Shown one piece after another: positions 20,576-29,336 of a stretch of DNA of 64,000 nt. The stretch lies in IMG/VR virus record IMGVR_UViG_3300025652_000051, one strand, 5' to 3'. The translations under genes and the position numbers were made by a program. The number at the start of each line of letters is the position of its first letter. The stretch's first letter is position 1. This DNA comes from an uncultured virus (IMG/VR IMGVR_UViG_3300025652_000051). Its lineage: Duplodnaviria > Heunggongvirae > Uroviricota > Caudoviricetes. The notes under the pieces are model-generated. The model worked only from the letters and a program-made list of their open reading frames with translations, had not been told where the DNA came from and did not search any database.

Positions 20576-23145
20576 TGGCTACTAAATACTACGACACTAA
20601 TTACACTTTTATCAACCCTGTTAGATACTTTAAGGCTAACGATCCCTATTACTTTGAAGTTGACAACATTCCAATTAAGCAATTAGAAGAGAGTAACAAT
20701 TTTTTAAAGGATCAGGTAGATGGTCTTCTAGATGAAGTTAACAAGACTGAAGAAACCGCTGAGATTGATAGAAGTGGATTTAGCGAACTTAAACCTTACG
20801 TTGTAGGTAATGACAGGGTAGTAAGGGTAAAGCCTGGACGTTACACTTCTCGTATAAATAACGCTTACTCCTTAACACCCTTGCAAGTTGTCGATCAAGT
20901 GTTCGGGTTAGGTAATGCTGTAAGTGGAGAATCTAACACTTGGCAAACTGAGACCAATAGAGGTTCCTATGTATCAGGAATACTAAACGAGTTTACCAGA
21001 GGAAGAGAAGGTATTGCTTTAAATATGAATGGTCTTTTTGAAAGATCTTTTGTATGGCCTATTGACACTGAGGATGGAGAAAGCCTCACAACTCCTAATC
21101 TACTTAACGTAACCAATAATTTAGATTACGGGGGCAATTTAGCAAGGGATGATAAGCCTTTATACCCTAACGTCATTGGAGCGTTAATAAAGAGTATGAC
21201 GGAGGATTTAACTAGAAATCTAACTCTTGTTAAGAATTTATATGCTCCTACTACCCCTCGTTTTGGAGGGCAACAAGGTAGAACTGAGTCTGAGTTTATA
21301 AAGAGATGGAGAGGAGCTATTAGAACTTCTGTTGTAGATGTTCCTGATGAGCTTCAAATAGAGATTCCTCCGTTTGTTGGTGATGACTTCTTTTACACTA
21401 ATGAGGCAGGAGATAAAACTAATGTAGATTCTAATGTAAGAATTGATTTAGTATTTATATATTCAAAAGCTGTCGATGAAGTGGATACTACCATCGCAAA
21501 GTTCGACTCTCTTGGAAATGTAGAGCCTCCTAAGACCACGCCGGTTCTGGGAGTTCTTAAAGGTGCTGGCCTAGGAGTATCTAAGAAAACTTCAATTAAC
21601 AATCTGGGTACCGAAGACACAGTTGATTTAACTAGTTTAGACGGTATGCCTTTAATGCTGGCTAACCCTGGTGATCAAACTGGAGATCACATAGGATTTA
21701 CAACTTCTGCCATGGGAGTTATCAGAGGTTCATTCCCCTCCCCTGATGACTTACTTAACCTAGCTCCTGTTCTTTCTGAAAATTTAGAAACAGATTCTTA
21801 TGCTTTGATAGGACAAACTATCCTGCCCGTAGCTTATATTTTAGTTGAAAAGGGTAGTGAGCTTGTGTCAAATGAATTTATTACCAAAGACCATGTTCTA
21901 GACATTAGACCCTTCTTTAGAACAACAGAGCTTGCATATAACGAAAGAGCAGGACTTGCAGCGGCAACTCCTCAAATTTCTATAGCTAACCCTGTCGTGA
22001 CGGAAGCTCATTTGGAGATGGCTAAATCAGAAATTTATAATGATTTAAGGAGAGAGGTTGTAAATAATAACACTCCTCCTGGTGGTGATCCTGACCCAGA
22101 TATTGAAACAGGTATCATAGCTGCGGGAGTAATTACTGGCGGGTTTGATTATGGTCCTGAGGGGGCTTTAATGCGTCAAAGAGCACGGCAAAACGCTACT
22201 CTTGAAGAAATGAAAACTAGTGTCATAGAAGAGTTCGGATATTATCCTAACTCAGTAGAAGACAGGGCCATGTGGGATCATGCAAGGTGGTATTTAGACA
22301 ACCAGGGAACTTTTGGATCGGAAGCAGCTACGGACTTTATTAATGTAGGAGATACTACATTTGTACGCCACGGGAACCCAATCGCTGAACAGATGCCTCC
22401 CTGGAATGGTACAAAGAAGAATGGTTTCTCGTCTAATCCTAATTTTAACGGTAATCTAGGTAACATGGGATGGGGTAAAGCGTTTAGATACCATAATCAT
22501 AGGGGCGGTGGTCAAGACCTTAATTCAAGATTCAAACATAATGAAGTATTCTTTGTTTCAAAAAGAATTAATATGCCTGCTAATCCTGCATCTAACTACC
22601 ATGTTAATGTTAACTTTTTAAACTGTGTACCTCTAACAGATTTAGGATCAAGAATGGGTGAGAATCAAACTCATCAACAACCAGCAGGAATATGGGTTGT
22701 AAAGCATCCTAAGTATTTTATAATAAATGTTGCTTGGCCTAATGATGGGCTGTTTTCTAGGTTATATAACGGTGACGAGTATGACCCCACAGACGCAGGC
22801 AAGCCCTGGAAGAGCAGAGATTCTGCTAGGCAGTATAGCGGGTTTATGCTTCCTTCTTTTGATTCGTCTCTCAATAACCTAGACGATTCTTACGACTATT
22901 ATCTTTCTGTACTTCAGGATGATGTAATAAGTAACCAGACAGCAGACTATGAGGGGATGTTTAAACAGTCTAATATCGACACTAGCGACATTGAAAAGTA
23001 CAACGCCATAACTCCTATTCTATACCCATCGGTTACTTGGGAAGTTATAGCATTGTCTAATAGCATGTACGCAAGAGGAATGGGGCCATCCGAAGAAGTT
23101 TCTACTTTAAGTATCAGAAACGGAAACTCTTACATTAATTTCTAA
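20575..23145 (+). CDS. Tail fibre/baseplate-associated structural protein
   Basis: 856 aa; N-terminal YYFEVDNIPIKQLEE motif shared with the previous ORF; VLDIRPF motif seen in phage structural proteins. Confidence 0.55.
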   Translation: MATKYYDTNYTFINPVRYFKANDPYYFEVDNIPIKQLEESNNFLKDQVDGLLDEVNKTEETAEIDRSGFSELKPYVVGNDRVVRVKPGRYTSRINNAYSLTPLQVVDQVFGLGNAVSGESNTWQTETNRGSYVSGILNEFTRGREGIALNMNGLFERSFVWPIDTEDGESLTTPNLLNVTNNLDYGGNLARDDKPLYPNVIGALIKSMTEDLTRNLTLVKNLYAPTTPRFGGQQGRTESEFIKRWRGAIRTSVVDVPDELQIEIPPFVGDDFFYTNEAGDKTNVDSNVRIDLVFIYSKAVDEVDTTIAKFDSLGNVEPPKTTPVLGVLKGAGLGVSKKTSINNLGTEDTVDLTSLDGMPLMLANPGDQTGDHIGFTTSAMGVIRGSFPSPDDLLNLAPVLSENLETDSYALIGQTILPVAYILVEKGSELVSNEFITKDHVLDIRPFFRTTELAYNERAGLAAATPQISIANPVVTEAHLEMAKSEIYNDLRREVVNNNTPPGGDPDPDIETGIIAAGVITGGFDYGPEGALMRQRARQNATLEEMKTSVIEEFGYYPNSVEDRAMWDHARWYLDNQGTFGSEAATDFINVGDTTFVRHGNPIAEQMPPWNGTKKNGFSSNPNFNGNLGNMGWGKAFRYHNHRGGGQDLNSRFKHNEVFFVSKRINMPANPASNYHVNVNFLNCVPLTDLGSRMGENQTHQQPAGIWVVKHPKYFIINVAWPNDGLFSRLYNGDEYDPTDAGKPWKSRDSARQYSGFMLPSFDSSLNNLDDSYDYYLSVLQDDVISNQTADYEGMFKQSNIDTSDIEKYNAITPILYPSVTWEVIALSNSMYARGMGPSEEVSTLSIRNGNSYINF

Positions 23146-23155
23146 GCAGGATTAA

Positions 23156-25711
23156 GTGACGGGATTTAATTATTTAATATATAATGGATGTCGAACGGCA
23201 ATCCTTCCCGGCTTTCAAAACCCTGTAGGGCCTTCTCAGCCGGGATCTAGCCCAGTCATTCTGGTGCCTTCAGAACCTAAGCCTGCATTCCCTGTTTTTA
23301 TTCCCAACGGAGATCCTCCCGGCCCAGGAACTGGAGGTCCAACCACTCCAAACCCTCAGTTCCCAGGACCTGGAGGACCGTCAACAGGAGGTCCAACCAC
23401 AACAGGTCCAACGGGTCCGTCAACAGGAGGTCCCGCAGGTCCAACCACAACAGGTCCAACGGGTCCGTCAACAGGAGGTCCTGCGAAAATGTATCGATGC
23501 CAAGAGATTAGATTCATTTGTCCAGAAGATTTAGAGAGACCGTTAAGTCAACAAAGGGTAAGGTCAATTCTTCGTAATTGCGTCGAAGAGTTTCCTGGCC
23601 TAGGCCCAGGAGTTATTGCGTCAGGGATGCAAGGTAACGAAGGATATGTCATTGTCCTTGGAGGTCTTAAAACTCAACAGCAGTGTGCTCAGTCTTGTGT
23701 GCCTCCTCAATCGGTATTTTCTGTAACTTGTGGACCCTTAGGAGGCGGCGGCGGTGGAGGAGGAGGTTCTGAGCCTCCTCAGAATTATGTTAGACAAACT
23801 TTATCCGAGATAGAGATTAATCAACAAAATCAAAACACTAGCAATGGAAACGAAATAAGTGTTGACAAATCTCTACTTCCCAGGTTCCAAGCAAACTTGT
23901 ATAGTAATGTTTATACTCCTTCTCTTTATGATCCTCAGAAAAATTTCTTCAAGGTAGCTGTTACCACTGAAATAGAAAGCTCAGTCAATAACTCTTATAG
24001 AAATGTGTTTAGGCAGTCTGTGGCTAAGGAAGTTAATAGCTTACTTCGTTATCAAAGCACTATTAATAGAGAGTGGGAAGAGACCGCTATTCAAAATCTA
24101 ACTGATGAAAAATTAATATTTAGCTTAAACTCTAACCTAGTAGAAGCTTTCAATAATCTTAGAGACATAACGGGTAAAGTTATTGGACTATCTTCTTTCT
24201 TAGAGGTTGTTAGAAAACATATTGTAACAGGAACTCTGAATGAGTTTAATCCTGAATATTACCTAAGAAGTTACCAGCTACAGAAGTCTAATAAATTTGT
24301 TAGCTTTGCTAAGTCTGAGAGTAAGAGTTCTAATGAATTATTCTCTCTACTGTATTTAAAAGATTCAGAATTCAACTTATCAAACACTCCTAGGCAAGGA
24401 CAAAAGTTAATTGAAATGGGAAGGTTTAGATTTTTAAACGAAGATTTGAATGTTTCTCTGGGTATAACAAAAGAAGATGGTTCCAAGGTTGACTTGTCTG
24501 TTCCAAACGAGGGGATACCCATAAACTTCTTGGCTAGTAAAAGTGCTTCAACTCCTCCTAGCGTTGGGTCTCCAGAATTACTAAACATAGGAGACGGGGG
24601 CGGTTACTATTTTGCGTCAAGAGTTCTTGATGATAATCAAATCCCGGTAGCTACCTCAAACTCTTCTAAAACATCTTACTACGCTCCTGCTTCAGTGAGA
24701 TCGGCCCTACTAGAGGTTGTTGATTCTAGCTTTGAATACACGATAAAAGCAAAGTCTTTAGTTAGTAAGAATGAATTTGTTAGCGGCGACACAGGAACAA
24801 GTGTTTTGGAGCCTTTGTACTTTGGAGCAAATTTAGCTTCTGTCTCTAGCTTTTCGTTTAACAACGGAACAGTAGAGTCTTATTCCTCCACCTATTCTAG
24901 AATTACGGAACCGTCTAGTATTCAGCAGCATATAAATAACAACGCTCTTAGCATTCCTGAGGTGTACTTGGATTACAGAGACCCTCTATACAGATACATT
25001 CTAGATGCTTCTTCTTTTGACATGGAGTCTAAAGATTTAAGTAATAAAGGATTTGAGTCTAACCCTGTTGTTTTAGGGGAAGATAACTTCGTAAAGAATA
25101 TTCCATTTGCTTTTATAATTATTCCTAGTAGGGGTTCTAACTTCAATCCTTTCAACGGTAGGTCCACAGTGACTGAGATGTCGGATACTGTAACTAGGGA
25201 GATTACTCTTAGACCCCCCATCAATACCTCAATTTCTAAGGAAAAAAGCAACAACTTTGAATTCTATAATCTTTATAATGATGACGGGTCTAAAAGAATA
25301 GGCTTCAATGAAGAAGAGGATTTCCATAACTTTGGGTATCGATATGTCCCTAGCAACTATTATAATTCATTTTATTCTGATGGATCGGTATCAACCAGTT
25401 CTTCCCCTGTATCTTCTTATGGCTCCTCATATCTGGTGAAGGACGTATTGGATTTTATAAAAGACGAGCATAATCCATCCTCTATAGTATGGTTTGATGT
25501 GTTTAGCAGGATGCCCTTATCTAAGGTTGGTGAGCTAATGTATGACATGCCAGAGGGGTTTATGGACCTAATAGCAAACGGGTATAGGCACGGGATACAT
25601 GTTAAAAATGCTCAAAGGTCATCGAATAACCCTGTATCTCTATTACCTAGCGATTCAAAGACTATAGTTAACAGTTCTAATAGAAAAGACTTAAGGTCAG
25701 TGGATCGTTAA
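23156..25711 (+). CDS. Structural protein with Pro/Gly/Thr-rich repeat linker and small Cys-rich domain
   Basis: 851 aa; GPTTTGPTGPSTGG repeats, poly-Gly tract, several Cys between them; GTG start preceded by AGGA. Confidence 0.6.
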   Translation: MTGFNYLIYNGCRTAILPGFQNPVGPSQPGSSPVILVPSEPKPAFPVFIPNGDPPGPGTGGPTTPNPQFPGPGGPSTGGPTTTGPTGPSTGGPAGPTTTGPTGPSTGGPAKMYRCQEIRFICPEDLERPLSQQRVRSILRNCVEEFPGLGPGVIASGMQGNEGYVIVLGGLKTQQQCAQSCVPPQSVFSVTCGPLGGGGGGGGGSEPPQNYVRQTLSEIEINQQNQNTSNGNEISVDKSLLPRFQANLYSNVYTPSLYDPQKNFFKVAVTTEIESSVNNSYRNVFRQSVAKEVNSLLRYQSTINREWEETAIQNLTDEKLIFSLNSNLVEAFNNLRDITGKVIGLSSFLEVVRKHIVTGTLNEFNPEYYLRSYQLQKSNKFVSFAKSESKSSNELFSLLYLKDSEFNLSNTPRQGQKLIEMGRFRFLNEDLNVSLGITKEDGSKVDLSVPNEGIPINFLASKSASTPPSVGSPELLNIGDGGGYYFASRVLDDNQIPVATSNSSKTSYYAPASVRSALLEVVDSSFEYTIKAKSLVSKNEFVSGDTGTSVLEPLYFGANLASVSSFSFNNGTVESYSSTYSRITEPSSIQQHINNNALSIPEVYLDYRDPLYRYILDASSFDMESKDLSNKGFESNPVVLGEDNFVKNIPFAFIIIPSRGSNFNPFNGRSTVTEMSDTVTREITLRPPINTSISKEKSNNFEFYNLYNDDGSKRIGFNEEEDFHNFGYRYVPSNYYNSFYSDGSVSTSSSPVSSYGSSYLVKDVLDFIKDEHNPSSIVWFDVFSRMPLSKVGELMYDMPEGFMDLIANGYRHGIHVKNAQRSSNNPVSLLPSDSKTIVNSSNRKDLRSVDR
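23389..23481 (+). repeat. Two identical 45-bp direct repeats, 48-bp period (16 codons)
   Basis: aggtccaaccacaacaggtccaacgggtccgtcaacaggaggtcc at 23389-23433 and 23437-23481. Confidence 0.9.
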
Positions 25712-25765
25712 TTTTATTACGCATATTTACGTGGAAACAATACATATATTTAACGGAGCTTTATT

Positions 25766-26095
25766 ATGAAATATCTAACTGTAGACGACGATTACGTCGC
25801 AAATATTCTTTCGGCCAACAAGTTAGCCGAGTCAACGACTCTTGAGGAGTCTTCGGAAGTTGTGGAAATTGAAGAAACGATTTCCGAGCATGTATGCCCT
25901 TTATGTGAATCTTCACTTGATGAGGCTATTTCTGACGAGTCTTGGTCCGCTTGTGTTGACAAGATCCTAGAAGCTATTAACGAGTCTAGTGCTGAAGTCG
26001 GAGAAGACCTTAGCGAAAAGAGTAGCTGTGATGACGAGGACTATGATGAAGAATTAGACGATGACGAAGAAGAGGAAAAAAAGCCTAAGAAGTAA
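25766..26095 (+). CDS. Acidic prohead-core-like protein
   Basis: Very acidic 109 aa, multiple L/I-x-E motifs (LAE, LEE, LDE, INE, LSE), CPLC; first gene of the head cluster. Confidence 0.5.
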   Translation: MKYLTVDDDYVANILSANKLAESTTLEESSEVVEIEETISEHVCPLCESSLDEAISDESWSACVDKILEAINESSAEVGEDLSEKSSCDDEDYDEELDDDEEEEKKPKK

Positions 26096-26107
26096 TCGTA
26101 ATTTATT

Positions 26108-26539
26108 ATGGATACCAAAAGCCTATTAGCTATTTCAGAAAATATCATGTCGCAACCTCCGGTTACGGAAGTTGCTTCTCCTAAGTCGGAACTTGTAGAT
26201 GATGGTCTAAAAGCTGTTGTTGTTCCCGACTCATATATTGATACTATTCTTGGGTTTGCAGGAAAGATGAATGAATCTTCTGCCCCTAAAACTTTAGAAA
26301 CTCCGAAAGCTGAATCTATTGATGAAGCTAAAGTTTTAAAAGAGAAGCTGGGTTCACTTGTGGGTAGGCTTAAGAGCTTGCTAGGAGAAGCTAGAGAAGT
26401 TATGCAAGAATTAACTTCCGCTGGTTGCCTTGGTGCCGCTCAGGAAACTAGTATGGGAATGAAGAGAAGAGACGATTCTTATCCTCCTAGTCTAACTTCT
26501 CCTAAAAAGAAAAAGAAGAAAAAGTATGGATCTCGTTAA
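26108..26539 (+). CDS. Head-cluster hypothetical protein (possible core/internal protein)
   Basis: 143 aa; ISE, MNE, IDE, LKE motifs; poly-Lys C-terminus. Confidence 0.5.
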   Translation: MDTKSLLAISENIMSQPPVTEVASPKSELVDDGLKAVVVPDSYIDTILGFAGKMNESSAPKTLETPKAESIDEAKVLKEKLGSLVGRLKSLLGEAREVMQELTSAGCLGAAQETSMGMKRRDDSYPPSLTSPKKKKKKKYGSR

Positions 26540-26930
26540 CTTAATTAAAGAGGCTAAAGCCGAGAGTGGCGAAGGTTCTGCCGAAGGAAGGGCTAAAGGA
26601 TTGGGGTCTGGTAAGAAATCACACTCTAAATCCTCTAAGTCTCGTGTGAAAGTATACGACTCAATTACTGATGCTTTACGCAACGGTTATGTTGGTCAAA
26701 TGTTCTCCACTAAAAACTCAGATAGACTTTACGTAATTACTAAAAGAAAATGGGGAAGCGATGATGAGCAGGAAGTTGGAGGCAGAGTCGCAAAGGGATT
26801 CTCTTCTGGAACAATACCATCTAAGTTTTCTGATGTCAAGAAGTATGCTGTGAGAACTTTATTGCGTCACGGCAAACAAAATACTGATAAATTCAAAAGC
26901 AATAAGTATTGGTCTCGGGACCAGAAATAG
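26526..26930 (+). CDS. Basic head-cluster hypothetical protein
   Basis: 134 aa, Lys-rich, N-terminal LIKE motif. Confidence 0.5.
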   Translation: MDLVNLIKEAKAESGEGSAEGRAKGLGSGKKSHSKSSKSRVKVYDSITDALRNGYVGQMFSTKNSDRLYVITKRKWGSDDEQEVGGRVAKGFSSGTIPSKFSDVKKYAVRTLLRHGKQNTDKFKSNKYWSRDQK

Positions 26931-26938
26931 GAATCATA

Positions 26939-28180
26939 ATGTTATTAGTAGAGTACAGCGTCTTAGATAAGGTCAAAGTTATTAATGAAAGTAAGAATGG
27001 AATTACCAAGCTTAAGTTGCTTGGCAAGTTCCAAAAGTGCGATGAACAAAATAACAACGGCAGAGTATACCCTAGAAAGGTTCTTGAAAACCAAGTAAAG
27101 ACTATTCAAGAAAAGATCGGAGATCGCTCTCTCGTAGGTGCTCTTGACCACCCTGCTAATGATGCTATTCACTTGTCTCAAGCTTCTCACTTAATCACCA
27201 AGTTATGGGTAGAGAAGAATGGGGATGTTATGGGTGAGTGTGAAATCCTATCCACTCCTAACGGTAAGATTGTCGAAGCTCTTATTAATGACGGTGTTAA
27301 GATCGGTATCTCAAGCAGAGGTTTAGGCAGTGTATCGGAAGGCTCTGAAGGTAAGATTGTTAACGAAGACTTTAAGCTTGTGACGTTTGACCTTGTATCT
27401 GATCCTTCGACTAAAGGAGCTTTTCCTGGGCTATGTGAATCCATGAGAGAGAACAGTGAGCGTGCTCAAAGGATTGTTTCAAAGCATAAGAAGGATAGAG
27501 TTCTTCTCACGATGCTTGAAAGCAAGATTAACGAAGCCCTTAAGGGCAACCAGAAGGAGCTTGACAAGGATGGAAATAAAAAGATCAATAAGAAGGATTT
27601 TAAAATGATGAGAGGCGATTCAGATACAGATGAAGGTTCGGAAGGTGAAGGTTCGGTGGGTGAGAAGAGTGAGTTCCCTGATCTGAACCGCGATGATAAG
27701 ACTACATTTGCTGACATTCTCGTGGGTAAGCTGAAAGGTAAGAAAGGTAAGAAGAAGACCAGAGAGGGGTATGATTTAACCGGAGAGGCAAGACAGGACA
27801 GAGAAAACGCTAGACTTGTGGCTGCTAAGAAGAAGAGGGAAGAAAAAGCTAGACTTAATGCTGCTAATGCCAAACCCAAACCCTTACCTAATGCCAAACC
27901 CTTACCAAGAGAGGATTCTTCTATGTCATTCAATGAGAGAGTTATCAGCAAGATTAAACATAAGTTTGAAGAGGCAAGAACAAACTATGACGGCATGTCA
28001 GGAGAGGACATAATTAATACACCTTTATATCCTAAAAAGAAACAAACACCGGACAAGACTACGGCGGAAACGGAGTTAGCTAAGGCGCGAATAGATAAGA
28101 AAACAGGACAGATTCGAGGTCCCAAGAATGGTCCCGTTACTATGCAACCTAAAAGACCTAATTCAAATGTTACAAGATAG
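26939..28180 (+). CDS. Prohead protease (T4 gp21-like) with long C-terminal extension
   Basis: NNNGRVYP, GALDHP, SHLI, ILSTPNGKI, GISSRGLGS, FDLVSDPS; likely start MLLVEY at 26939. Confidence 0.93.
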   Translation: MLLVEYSVLDKVKVINESKNGITKLKLLGKFQKCDEQNNNGRVYPRKVLENQVKTIQEKIGDRSLVGALDHPANDAIHLSQASHLITKLWVEKNGDVMGECEILSTPNGKIVEALINDGVKIGISSRGLGSVSEGSEGKIVNEDFKLVTFDLVSDPSTKGAFPGLCESMRENSERAQRIVSKHKKDRVLLTMLESKINEALKGNQKELDKDGNKKINKKDFKMMRGDSDTDEGSEGEGSVGEKSEFPDLNRDDKTTFADILVGKLKGKKGKKKTREGYDLTGEARQDRENARLVAAKKKREEKARLNAANAKPKPLPNAKPLPREDSSMSFNERVISKIKHKFEEARTNYDGMSGEDIINTPLYPKKKQTPDKTTAETELAKARIDKKTGQIRGPKNGPVTMQPKRPNSNVTR

Positions 28181-28193
28181 AGGAAAATAACTT

Positions 28194-28622
28194 ATGGCAG
28201 TAAAAAAGTCTAACGAATCTGAAGGTTCTCCTACGGTTATCATTCGTGATACAAAGTCAGAAATAGATATGAAACGAGAAGAAGCTAAAAATGAGCGTGC
28301 TAAATATAACGCAACCGTAGAGCATCAAAAACAGATTGCAAAGTTAGAGATTTCTAAGTTAAAGCTACAACAATCGGCTAGGAGCAAGGCCCAATCCCAC
28401 ATTGCAGTGGTGGGGCCACTCTACCTCTGTATCCTGGTGGGTGGTTTTGTTACCGCCTTGGCCTGCGGTGCTATTCCTGAATCACAAATTTCAGTGGCTT
28501 CCGCCTTACTGACTTTATTGGTAACTTCCTTCATGGCGAACTTAAGGACTATAATCTCTGAGTCTCCCGAAACTGATGAGTTAGGTAAAAAGAAAGGAAA
28601 GCCACCGTCTGAAAATAATTAG
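28194..28622 (+). CDS. Two-transmembrane protein with N-terminal coiled coil
   Basis: Hydrophobic segments IAVVGPLYLCILVGGFVTALACG and ISVASALLTLLVTSFMA; GAGGA RBS upstream. Confidence 0.6.
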   Translation: MAVKKSNESEGSPTVIIRDTKSEIDMKREEAKNERAKYNATVEHQKQIAKLEISKLKLQQSARSKAQSHIAVVGPLYLCILVGGFVTALACGAIPESQISVASALLTLLVTSFMANLRTIISESPETDELGKKKGKPPSENN

Positions 28623-28643
28623 CAGTAAATTAGTTACAAACAA

Positions 28644-28650
28644 CTAAATA
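28644..28650 (+). promoter_or_regulatory. Late promoter candidate CTAAATA
   Basis: Intergenic, upstream of the scaffold and capsid genes; resembles T4 TATAAATA. Confidence 0.6.
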
Positions 28651-28668
28651 GCTATATAGAGGTTAAAC

Positions 28669-29316
28669 ATGTCACAGAGTAAAGAAGTTTTAGATTCCGT
28701 TGCCGAGTATCTTCCCGAAGATCTCGATGAAGCTACCCTTGAGAAGATAGCTACATTAGTTGCTGTAACTATTAATGAGAAAGTTCAAGAAAGAACTGAG
28801 GATCTAACCACGAAAGTACAATCATTCATTCGTGGTAACATTGATAAGTTAAAGGAGCAAGCACTTAAGGAGCTTGAACTACAGAACGAGACGTTCCGTA
28901 ATGCTCAAATGTTTGAAACCGTTCGATCCATGTTTGCATTAGAGAATACCACGAATGATGAAATGAATGGTATGCAAGCCCTTGCAACTCTAGGTGAGCA
29001 ACAGGAAGAGAAGAACGAGGCCCTCCTACGTCAAGTCAACAAGCTCCTAAAGGAGAACGTCAGCTTGAAGCGTAGTAGCAAGGTTGCCCAAGATAAGAAT
29101 CAAAAGCTAGAAGAAACTTTACAAGAGGTTAAGACTCAGGTCGAAAGCCTTAAGGAATCTGATAGCGCAGAGAGAAACCTCTCTGGTAAGGCACTCGTCA
29201 TTAGTGAAGATAACTTCAAAGTGAAGGAAGCTAGTGAAAAGTTAAATGAAAACCACGCTGTCCCCGGTAACGAATGGATAAATCAAGGCGTGTTAGACAA
29301 GCTCAATAATAAGTAA
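28669..29316 (+). CDS. Prohead scaffolding protein (gp22-like)
   Basis: Glu-rich coiled coil between the protease and major capsid genes. Confidence 0.75.
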   Translation: MSQSKEVLDSVAEYLPEDLDEATLEKIATLVAVTINEKVQERTEDLTTKVQSFIRGNIDKLKEQALKELELQNETFRNAQMFETVRSMFALENTTNDEMNGMQALATLGEQQEEKNEALLRQVNKLLKENVSLKRSSKVAQDKNQKLEETLQEVKTQVESLKESDSAERNLSGKALVISEDNFKVKEASEKLNENHAVPGNEWINQGVLDKLNNK

Positions 29317-29336
29317 TAATTGAGGAAACAAGTATT

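Noticed and set aside
25712..25765. Two minus-strand TAAATA motifs suggesting antisense late transcription
   Set aside because: No convincing minus-strand gene downstream; AT-rich chance match likely, and a plus-strand TACATA variant better explains the gap
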